Made by a program: the position numbers and the translations under genes
Part shown: positions 8,889-16,879 of the stretch, one piece after another
Numbering within the stretch: position 1 is the first letter of the stretch
Layout: every line of letters begins with the position of its first letter
The notes under the pieces: generated by a model
Database searches by the model: none
What the model was told of the DNA's origin: nothing
The model's input: the letters and a program-made list of their open reading frames with translations, nothing else
Assembly: GCA_024637275.1 (NCBI GenBank)
Contig: JAGXFS010000140.1
Location: 11,562-75,561 of the forward strand
DNA: 64,000 bases
From: Acidimicrobiia bacterium
GTDB lineage: Bacteria > Actinomycetota > Acidimicrobiia > Spongiisociales > JAENVV01
Direction: 5' to 3'

Positions 8889-10115
8889 TTACTGGACGAG
8901 GTTGACGATATTGAACATCGGCATATAGAGGGCGATCAACATGCCACCCACGGTCGCACCCAAAACGACGATAAGGAGCGGCTCGATGAGGCTGGTGAGG
9001 CCTTCGACCATCGCCTCGACCTCAGAATCGTAGAAGTCGCCAACCTTCTCGAGCATCGTGTCGAGGGCACCCGTTTCCTCCCCGACGGCGATCATCTGAA
9101 CGACCATCGGCGGAAACACCGGATGATCTCTTAGTGGGGCCGCAATCGACTCACCTTCAGCGACGGACGCCTTGACATCCTGGACGGCTCGAGCCACCAC
9201 GGCGTTGCCGGCGGTGTCAGACACAATATCCATCGCCTGGAGGATTGGCACCCCGGTCTTGGTTAGCGCTGCCAGCGTGTGCGAGAACCGAGCAATAGCC
9301 GTCTTATGAATCAGATTTCCGAAGATCGGCAGCTTCAACTTGATGGCGTCGAAGGTAGATCGTCCACCGTCGGTGGCGATCCACCTCTTGAACGACACCA
9401 GCGAACCAACCGACACAATGATCACGGCCCACCAGTAGGTGGTGACCAGCTTCGAGAGGAGCAACAAGAACTTGGTTGCACCGGGGAGCTCTCCCCCGAG
9501 GTCCGCGTATAGCGCCTCGAACATCGGTACCACGAAGATGATCATGGCCGCGACGATGAAGATAACCAGTCCGAACACCGCGATCGGATACATCATGGCC
9601 GACTTGATTTTGGACCGCAGGGCGACCTGTGCCTCGAGAGTATCGGCGAGCCGCAACAGCGTGTCGTCGAGCACACCACCCACCTCACCAGCCTTCACCA
9701 TGGCGGTGTACAGCTGGTTGAAGGCCTTCGGGTGTTGTTCCATGGCCGCTGAGAGGCTCGTACCACGTTCGACGTCAGCTTTGACCAGGTCGATGATGTC
9801 GGAGAGTGCCTTGTTCTCGGTCTGGTCCGAGAGGATACTGAGCGACCGTAGCAGCGACAGGCCCGCATTGATCATCGTGGCGAACTGCCGCGAGAAAATC
9901 GCCACGTCCTTGGCCTTCACGCGATCGGTGAGGCCCGGAATCTTGATCTCTTTCTTCAAACCAGAGTTCGCCGCGGCCGTCTCGGACAGACTGAGCGGGC
10001 TCAGGCCCTTGCCCCGCAACGCTGTCGCGGCAGCCGTCTGCGTGGAGGCTTCGATCGTGCCCTTCTTGACTTTGCCGTCCGAGTCTTTGGCCCGGTATTC
10101 AAATGTTGTAGCCAT
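8889..10115 (-). CDS. pilC: Type IV pilus platform protein PilC (GspF family)
   Basis: 408 aa with two GspF-type repeats and three TM segments. Lies between pilT and the pilin gene. Confidence 0.85.
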   Translation of the reverse strand: MATTFEYRAKDSDGKVKKGTIEASTQTAAATALRGKGLSPLSLSETAAANSGLKKEIKIPGLTDRVKAKDVAIFSRQFATMINAGLSLLRSLSILSDQTENKALSDIIDLVKADVERGTSLSAAMEQHPKAFNQLYTAMVKAGEVGGVLDDTLLRLADTLEAQVALRSKIKSAMMYPIAVFGLVIFIVAAMIIFVVPMFEALYADLGGELPGATKFLLLLSKLVTTYWWAVIIVSVGSLVSFKRWIATDGGRSTFDAIKLKLPIFGNLIHKTAIARFSHTLAALTKTGVPILQAMDIVSDTAGNAVVARAVQDVKASVAEGESIAAPLRDHPVFPPMVVQMIAVGEETGALDTMLEKVGDFYDSEVEAMVEGLTSLIEPLLIVVLGATVGGMLIALYMPMFNIVNLVQ

Positions 10116-10125
10116 GCTCTATCTC

Positions 10126-11694
10126 CTAAGCCACGCGACCGACAAGTCGCTGTAGATCTTCCAGGTCAGAGCACCGCTCCGCGGCGAGCTCGTAGGTAAT
10201 AATGTTTCGTCGCACCAGGTCCGCCAGGGACTGGTCCATGGTTTGCATGCCCCACTTTCCGCCGGCTTGCATGGCGGTGGCGATCTGGTGGTTCTTTCCT
10301 TCGCGAATCAGGTTTCTAACCGCAGGGGTTGCGACCATCACTTCGATGGCTGGAACCCGGCCACGGCCGTCACGGGTAGGCAACAGTTGCTGGGTTACGA
10401 CCGCTTGCAGCGTGGCTGCCAGCTGAACCCGGACCTGGCCCTGCTGGTGCGAAGGGAACACGTCGATCATACGATCGATCGTCTGGGGGGCGTCCTGGGT
10501 ATGAAGTGTGGCAAAAACCAGGTGGCCGGTTTCGGCTGCGGTCAGGGCGGTAGAGATGGTTTCCAGATCTCGCAGCTCACCTACCAGGATTACATCGGGG
10601 TCCTGGCGGAGGGCATGGCGCAGCGCCATGTTGAACCCCATGGTGTCTGCGCCGACCTCACGCTGGTTGACGATCGCCTTCTGATGGTGGTGTAGAAACT
10701 CGATGGGATCTTCAACGGTAAGAATGTGGCAGGCGCGTCGGCGGTTGATGAGGTCGACGATCGACGCCAGGGTGGTCGACTTACCGGAACCGGTAGGTCC
10801 CGTGACGAGGACGAGGCCACGCGCATATTCTGCGAACTCACCGACGACGGTCGGCACACCGAGTTCCTCAAGCGGCTTGATTACGTCCGGAATGGCGCGG
10901 AACACCGCCCCAACCGCGTCACGTTGAAAGAAAACGTTAAGACGGAAACGACCTTTGCCCGGCAACGGATGTGAGGCGTCGAGTTCTAGCGACTCTTCCA
11001 GCTTCTCACGCTGCTTCTCAGTCAGGATCGCATAGATCATGCGCCGGATGTCTGCCGGCATCATGATGCCAAAGTCCGTGAGTTGCCGAAGCTCGCCGTT
11101 GACGCGGATCTGAGGAGACGAGCCAGCGGTGATGTGGAGGTCAGATCCACCCTGGTCGACCAGGATCGTGAGCAACGTGTTGACATGAAGTGCCGGCTCG
11201 GCGACCTCGATGTCCGGCACGGCGCCGCCCATGCCGGGGACCCGGGTAACCGGGATTTCCTCCGGTCCATGCATGAACGAGATGGCCCGCTGGATGGCTT
11301 CCTTGGTAGCCAGAGCGAGGGTGATCTTCTTACCGGTGATCTGTTCGAGGCGCCGATGGCGTTCGGCGTCGAAGGGGTCAGCGACCGCAACCGTGAGGAC
11401 GTTATCCACCAATCGGACGGGAATCGCCAGGAGGGCGGCGGAGTCGTCGCCACTCAAGGCGGCGATTGCCTCTGGGTCGAAAAGCTGATCGTCGAGTTCG
11501 ACGTATTCCATCCCGACCCGGGCAGCAACGGTTTTGAGGAGGTCTTCTTCACGCACGAGGCCGTCATCGGTAAGGATCTTCGCCATCGGCGTACCGGTGG
11601 TTTGCTCTTTGGCCAACACTGTCTCAAGCACATCTTTTGAGAGAAGGTGCCGGTCAACGAGGAGCTCGCCAAGTTTTCGCGATGCTGAGTTCAT
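10126..11694 (-). CDS. pilT: Pilus retraction ATPase PilT with an N-terminal GspE-N/MshEN-like extension
   Basis: The C-terminal ~350 aa carry PilT hallmarks: SDLHITAGSSPQIRVNGEL, Walker A GPTGSGKST, the Asp-box, His-box ATLHTQD and the PilT-specific AVRNLIREGKNHQI. The first ~170 aa contain two repeats resembling the GspE N-terminal domain (KLGELLVDRHLLSKDVLETVLAKEQ and MAKILTDDGLVREEDLLKTVAARVGMEYVEL). Confidence 0.8.
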   Translation of the reverse strand: MNSASRKLGELLVDRHLLSKDVLETVLAKEQTTGTPMAKILTDDGLVREEDLLKTVAARVGMEYVELDDQLFDPEAIAALSGDDSAALLAIPVRLVDNVLTVAVADPFDAERHRRLEQITGKKITLALATKEAIQRAISFMHGPEEIPVTRVPGMGGAVPDIEVAEPALHVNTLLTILVDQGGSDLHITAGSSPQIRVNGELRQLTDFGIMMPADIRRMIYAILTEKQREKLEESLELDASHPLPGKGRFRLNVFFQRDAVGAVFRAIPDVIKPLEELGVPTVVGEFAEYARGLVLVTGPTGSGKSTTLASIVDLINRRRACHILTVEDPIEFLHHHQKAIVNQREVGADTMGFNMALRHALRQDPDVILVGELRDLETISTALTAAETGHLVFATLHTQDAPQTIDRMIDVFPSHQQGQVRVQLAATLQAVVTQQLLPTRDGRGRVPAIEVMVATPAVRNLIREGKNHQIATAMQAGGKWGMQTMDQSLADLVRRNIITYELAAERCSDLEDLQRLVGRVA

Positions 11695-11821
11695 GGCTTC
11701 TAGTTCCCCTTATCGATCACATTTTGTGGGTCAATGTATCTTCGGCAGGCCTCGCGGCCGACTTAATGGATAATCGAGGTGGCTTGGAACTTTGACCCGG
11801 CGGTGGTCCCGGCGGGACGCG

Positions 11822-13504
11822 CTACACAGTAACGCGGAGGATCTCTTCGATCGAGGTATCTCCGCGACGTGCCTTGATGAGGCCGTCCTGGCGGAGCGGA
11901 CGCATACCTTCCTGCACGGCTACCTTCTTGATGGAGTCCGTGGTCGCCTGGTCTACGGCCATCCGCTCGATCGTTTCTGAGACGAGCATGAGCTCATGCA
12001 ACGCGAGTCGCCCCCGGTACCCGGTGTCACCACACCGTGCGCAGCCGCCCGGCTTGAACAGTTCGGGAACTTCGTCCCCAAACTCGTCGAACTGCCAACC
12101 AACCCTGGCCAAGGCGTCCTTGGTCGGTTGATAGGGGGTCTTGCACTCCCCACACAACCGGCGGGCCAGGCGCTGCCCGAGGACGGAATCGACAGCTGAC
12201 CCGACGAGGAATGGTTCGACGCCCATCTCGATCAGGCGGCTGATGGCCGACGGAGCATCATTGGTATGCATCGTCGAGAGCACCAGGTGACCGGTAAGAG
12301 CAGACTCGATGGCGATCTCGCCGGTCTCCTGGTCCCGGATCTCACCAACGAGCATGATGTCGGGGTCCTGACGCAAGAACGAGCGCAACGCCGACGCGAA
12401 GGTCAGGCCGGCCTTCTTGTTCACCTGGACCTGATTGATTCCGTTGAGGCGGTACTCGACCGGATCCTCACAGGTCACGATGTTGACGTCGGGCTGATTC
12501 AGCACATTCAGCGTTGAATAGAGCGTTGTTGACTTACCGGAACCAGTCGGGCCACAGCACAGGATCGTTCCATACGCCTTGTTATATGAGGAAGCATATC
12601 GCTCGAGGGTGTCTGGCTCGAAACCAAGTTGTTCCAGTTCGAGGGTGGCCGTTGAATTGTCGAGAATACGCATGACGATCTTCTCGCCGTAGATGGTGGG
12701 AAGGGATGAAACGCGCAAGTCGATCGTTTTCGTTCCTCCCACTCGCAGGCTGATACGACCGTCTTGGGGTCGACGTCGTTCCGCAATGTCCATGTCGGCC
12801 ATGATCTTCAAACGACTGACCACGGCGTTACTGACCGATCGCGGGGTCCGCATAATCTCGTGCAACACACCGTCCACCCGGAACCGCACCCGCAGGTCCT
12901 TGTCCGTTGGCTCGATGTGGATGTCAGACGCCCGCTCTGCCGCAGCCTTAGCGATAAGCATGTTGACCAATTTGACGATGGGAGCTTCTTCGGTGGACGC
13001 TTCGACCGCATTGAGGTCTTGCGTTTCCATCTCGTCTTCGCCAAAGCCGGCGAAGTCGGTGACCGAGTCGTCGAGGCCGGCATTGTTTGCAATGGCGTTT
13101 TCAACGTCGCTTCGTGTTGCAACCTTGGCGATGACGTCGCGACCCGAGATCGCCCGAATGTCATCGATCGCCAGCACATTGGCGGGGTCAGACAGCGCTA
13201 CGACGAGCTTATCGTCTTCAAAACCGATCGGGATAGCCGCATACCGGCGAGCGAGGGCATCGGGAATAAGCGCCGTAGCGGCGGGATCGATGGTGATTTC
13301 CTTGAGGTCGACGAACTCAACGCCGATCGCCTTCGCCAACGTGCGAACCAGGTCACGCTCGGAGACAATCTTCTCCTCGACCAGCACCCGCCCAAGCGGA
13401 CGGCCAGTCTCGGCCGCCATGGCCAGACCTTTCTCAAGGAGTTCCTGAGTTAGCAGCCCCTCCTCAAGGAGGAGGCTGGCGAGGTGTCCGCTATCACGAG
13501 TCAT
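11822..13504 (-). CDS. pilB: Type IV pilus assembly (extension) ATPase PilB, GspE family
   Basis: 560 aa. GspE-N domain at the N-terminus (LASLLLEEGLLTQELLEKGL...), Walker A GPTGSGKSTT, and the tetracysteine zinc motif (CGECK...CARCGDTGYRGR) typical of PilB/GspE. Confidence 0.85.
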   Translation of the reverse strand: MTRDSGHLASLLLEEGLLTQELLEKGLAMAAETGRPLGRVLVEEKIVSERDLVRTLAKAIGVEFVDLKEITIDPAATALIPDALARRYAAIPIGFEDDKLVVALSDPANVLAIDDIRAISGRDVIAKVATRSDVENAIANNAGLDDSVTDFAGFGEDEMETQDLNAVEASTEEAPIVKLVNMLIAKAAAERASDIHIEPTDKDLRVRFRVDGVLHEIMRTPRSVSNAVVSRLKIMADMDIAERRRPQDGRISLRVGGTKTIDLRVSSLPTIYGEKIVMRILDNSTATLELEQLGFEPDTLERYASSYNKAYGTILCCGPTGSGKSTTLYSTLNVLNQPDVNIVTCEDPVEYRLNGINQVQVNKKAGLTFASALRSFLRQDPDIMLVGEIRDQETGEIAIESALTGHLVLSTMHTNDAPSAISRLIEMGVEPFLVGSAVDSVLGQRLARRLCGECKTPYQPTKDALARVGWQFDEFGDEVPELFKPGGCARCGDTGYRGRLALHELMLVSETIERMAVDQATTDSIKKVAVQEGMRPLRQDGLIKARRGDTSIEEILRVTV

Positions 13505-13510
13505 GATGCC

Positions 13511-14545
13511 TTAGTGGGAGTCCTGAGTTTCGCCGAGTTCGCGAGCTAATGCGCTCAACCCGCCCCGGCGGCGGCTCAGATTGGCGGCCCGCTCACTGAG
13601 CGTGCCTTCGAGATCGTCTGTGGCATCGTAGTCGGAGGTGACAATCTCAACGGAGTCGTCGTCGCTCCCCGCCTCTCCGATAACTCCCGAGAGAACGGAC
13701 TGGAGCAGATCGTCGTCGTTGACGTCGTCACCATCGTTGGATGGGGCGTTGTCATCTTCGTAGACGAGGTCGGTTCGATTCATTGAGAACGTCCCTGACC
13801 CGCCCGAAGACGCCGACAATCCGAGATCGTCATCGCTATAGGTCGGGGCAGCCTCGAAACGTTCTTCGGTCACGGAAACAAGTTCCTGCCGGACCAGATT
13901 GGCCATCGCCTTGGCGACGACGAACTCTGACGTGCCGGTACGATGAGCTACTTCGGCGATTGTGCCGTGCCCACCCAACGCGGCCAGAAGCTTCCATGTT
14001 TCGATCTTGAGGGTCACATCACTGGCACCCTCTGGCAAGGTCTGCGCCATACGCAACCCGAACTTCGTTCCGGGGATGACCTCTTCAATATCAGCCCACT
14101 GCTCGGCCCGATGATCGGCGTCGGCAAGACAAATCTCGATGTCGACTACCTCTCCTGAGTCATAGCGCGGCGACACTTCATCGCCGAAGTCGAACGTACC
14201 CCGGCCAGGTCGGCCCAGGCGAAAAAGCACCTCGGTGCCCTGTTCGGCAAGGAAGTCGCGCAAGTCGGCGTGGGTGTGGCCTTCGATAAGCACCTCCGCC
14301 ACCGTCTGCTCGCGACGCTCAACCCGCATCCAGCCGTCCGTGTCCACGAATCCGGCATTGAGTAGATCGGTGCGCAGGTCTTCATCGCGTCGAGTGGTCG
14401 CATACGCGAGTTTCCCGCTCGATAAATAGATCTTTCCCTCAAGTCCACCGGCTTCAACGCGCAAACAGCCGGATTTCTGTGAGCGTGCCAGCATACGCAG
14501 CACCTCACTGAGAGGAATCGATTCGAGGCGTCCCGTCAGCGCCAT
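13511..14545 (-). CDS. DUF4388 (PATAN-like) domain protein with a long acidic low-complexity C-terminal tail
   Basis: The N-terminus GRLESIPLSEVLRMLARSQKSGCLRVEAGGLEGKIYLSSGKLAYA matches the DUF4388 signature (LxDxLQxL...KTGxL...GxIyfxxG). The C-terminal third is D/E/S-rich. The stop lies only 6 nt from the pilB start. Confidence 0.6.
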   Translation of the reverse strand: MALTGRLESIPLSEVLRMLARSQKSGCLRVEAGGLEGKIYLSSGKLAYATTRRDEDLRTDLLNAGFVDTDGWMRVERREQTVAEVLIEGHTHADLRDFLAEQGTEVLFRLGRPGRGTFDFGDEVSPRYDSGEVVDIEICLADADHRAEQWADIEEVIPGTKFGLRMAQTLPEGASDVTLKIETWKLLAALGGHGTIAEVAHRTGTSEFVVAKAMANLVRQELVSVTEERFEAAPTYSDDDLGLSASSGGSGTFSMNRTDLVYEDDNAPSNDGDDVNDDDLLQSVLSGVIGEAGSDDDSVEIVTSDYDATDDLEGTLSERAANLSRRRGGLSALARELGETQDSH

Positions 14546-14607
14546 GTTGTGACTCCTTAGTAGTCCTGCATCAATCTTCGGTAGATCGAGACAGCGCCTT
14601 GAGAGCT

Positions 14608-15393
14608 TTAGGGGCGACGAGCGGCGGCGGCCATGGCGTCATGGTCGGCCGATACGCCGGTCCAGATCGTGAATGCCGCCATTGCTTGCCCTATCAGCAT
14701 GTCGAGCCCAGGACTACAGGGGATTCCAAGTCGACCCGCTTCCAGCACTGCGGGGGTTGTCGCATCGCCATAAGGCATGTCGATGAATCCCGTGGCCGCG
14801 GCCAGGAGCCCGTCTGGCAGGTTTTCGCCGGCCATTCCGATGAGCGTCGCGTTAACGAGCACGGCCCCACTCACGGGTTTCTCCCACGGAACGAATACCG
14901 CATCGAGGTCGAGTTGCTCGAGCAGCAGTCGGGCGCGTCGCTCGTTGCGGGTGCTGACAGCCAAGTCGACGGATCCCGGATGAGCGTCAACAGCAACCAG
15001 GGCAGCCGCCGCCGCTCCACCAGCTCCGAGAACTACGACTGAATCAGACATTCCAATCCGATCAAAGGCGTACGCAACACCTGCGACATCGGTGTTTTCG
15101 GCTACGAGGGTTCCATCCGGTTCCCGCCACCAGGTGTTGGCTGCACCCAGGCGCTCGACCAGTTCGGAACGCCGATCGGCCAACGCAGCAGCCAGATGCT
15201 TATGGGGAGTGGTGATGTTCGCACCGGTCAAGGACCCGGACCGAACCTCGTCAGCTGCGGTCCGGAGGCCGTCACCATCAACCTGCCGGGCCGAATATTC
15301 GCCCGCGATCCCCGCCGCGCGTAGTCCGGCTCGGTGAATCGCCGGCGATCGAGAATGGCTGACCGGGTCGCCGAGAACGACCAATTTGATCAC
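14608..15393 (-). CDS. aroE: Shikimate dehydrogenase
   Basis: 261 aa (GDPVSHSRSPAIHRAGL...NITTPHK), the shikimate DH substrate-binding signature. Sits in the aro cluster. Confidence 0.8.
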   Translation of the reverse strand: MIKLVVLGDPVSHSRSPAIHRAGLRAAGIAGEYSARQVDGDGLRTAADEVRSGSLTGANITTPHKHLAAALADRRSELVERLGAANTWWREPDGTLVAENTDVAGVAYAFDRIGMSDSVVVLGAGGAAAAALVAVDAHPGSVDLAVSTRNERRARLLLEQLDLDAVFVPWEKPVSGAVLVNATLIGMAGENLPDGLLAAATGFIDMPYGDATTPAVLEAGRLGIPCSPGLDMLIGQAMAAFTIWTGVSADHDAMAAAARRP

Positions 15394-16460
15394 GGGAAGA
15401 GGCCCTCGGCCTTCGCCTGATCCTTCCAGGTCAGAAACTGGTTGTAGTCAGCCGTGAAACTGTGGGAGCCATCAGCGGCGGTTAGCACGTAATAGATGTA
15501 GTCGGTCTCCGGAGGATCGGCGATCGCCTCGAGCGACGCCAACCGGGGACCTCCGATGGGAGTGGGTGGGAGACCGAGGTTCTGATAGGTGTTGTACGGC
15601 GAGTCGAACTCGAGGTCGGCGAGCGTAAGTCCGATCCCCCGGGCGTCCATGGCGTACAGCACGGTGGCATCGATCTGGAGCGGCATACCAACGTCCATGC
15701 GGTTGACGATCACCGAAGCGACGTCGGGGCGATCGGCATCTACTTTTGTCTCGGCTTCGATAATCGACGCCGCGATCAAGCCTTCATAAATCGTATAGCC
15801 CCGGTCATTCCAGGCCGTCCAGTCGATCGACTCCACCCGACTCTCCATGGTACGCGCGAGTTTTCCGAGAATCGATGCAGCGCTGGCATCCGTCTCGAAT
15901 TCATAGGTGTCGGGAAAAAGCAAACCCTCCCAATCCTGAATCGACTCGGGAGGCAGTTCAAGGAGCGAGCTCTGGACTGCCCCACTGAGTAGGGCTTCTG
16001 CGAAGTCAGCTTCGCCATACGATGTCTGATTGGCTATCTCGGTGAGAACTTCCCCGATCCGCAAGCCTTCACGGACGGTGATTCGATAAGTCTCGAAGGC
16101 CGGGCCAGCCAGGAAGGCCGCGATGACGTCGTCGGTTGCCATCCCGGTGGTCAGCTCATACCGACCGGCGCCGAGACGCTGCGTATAGCCGCCGTCCTCG
16201 ACCGCGCTCTCAAACACCCGCGCCGACCCGATGACATCGGCCTCCTGGAGAAGGGAAGCGATGGTACGGGCCGATGCCCCGGCCGGGACTTCGACCGTCA
16301 CGGGAACTCCAACCGTCGCCGTCGCCTGTACGGTTGTCTCGGTAGGGGTAAACAGGTCCGAGAACATGGCTTTTCCGGCCAGACCGAGGCCTGCCAACGC
16401 AGCCAGGACCACTACGACGGCTAGAACGCTCCGATTCCGGGGTTCTTCAAACGAGGTCAT
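15390..16460 (-). CDS. mltG: Endolytic murein transglycosylase MltG (YceG family)
   Basis: 356 aa with an N-terminal TM helix followed by a YceG-like domain. Conserved position between ruvX and aroE. Confidence 0.8.
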   Translation of the reverse strand: MTSFEEPRNRSVLAVVVVLAALAGLGLAGKAMFSDLFTPTETTVQATATVGVPVTVEVPAGASARTIASLLQEADVIGSARVFESAVEDGGYTQRLGAGRYELTTGMATDDVIAAFLAGPAFETYRITVREGLRIGEVLTEIANQTSYGEADFAEALLSGAVQSSLLELPPESIQDWEGLLFPDTYEFETDASAASILGKLARTMESRVESIDWTAWNDRGYTIYEGLIAASIIEAETKVDADRPDVASVIVNRMDVGMPLQIDATVLYAMDARGIGLTLADLEFDSPYNTYQNLGLPPTPIGGPRLASLEAIADPPETDYIYYVLTAADGSHSFTADYNQFLTWKDQAKAEGLFP

Positions 16461-16863
16461 GACTATCTCCTACTGGTTGCGAGTCAAGCCAGCGCTGCAA
16501 CAGCACCGCCGCAGCTACTTTGTCAACGACCCCTTTTCGCTTTTCCCGTCTGACCCCTGACTCGATGAGAACCGACTGTGCTACGGCGGTGGTGTAGCGC
16601 TCATCGACCATCTCGACCGGGACGCCGGCGATCTCTCCAATTCGTTCCGCAAACTCGCTAGACGCCCGTGCTGCGGCGTCATTTCGGCCTTTGAGATGAG
16701 TCGGCAGGCCGACGACAATTCGCTCGACGTCCTGTTCCTCGACAATCTGGCGCACTTGTTCGTCGAACGCGCCAGCCTCAACCACCCGGAACGGTTGGGC
16801 AGTGATATGTAACTGATCAGAAAGGGCGACACCGATCCGGCTCGTGCCGTAATCGACGCCCAT
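16447..16863 (-). CDS. ruvX: Putative pre-16S rRNA nuclease / Holliday junction resolvase-like YqgF
   Basis: 138 aa (MGVDYGTSRIGVALSD...), the RuvX catalytic N-terminus. Directly downstream of alaS. Confidence 0.85.
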   Translation of the reverse strand: MGVDYGTSRIGVALSDQLHITAQPFRVVEAGAFDEQVRQIVEEQDVERIVVGLPTHLKGRNDAAARASSEFAERIGEIAGVPVEMVDERYTTAVAQSVLIESGVRREKRKGVVDKVAAAVLLQRWLDSQPVGDSHDLV

Positions 16864-16879
16864 AATGCGTCCCAGGGTT

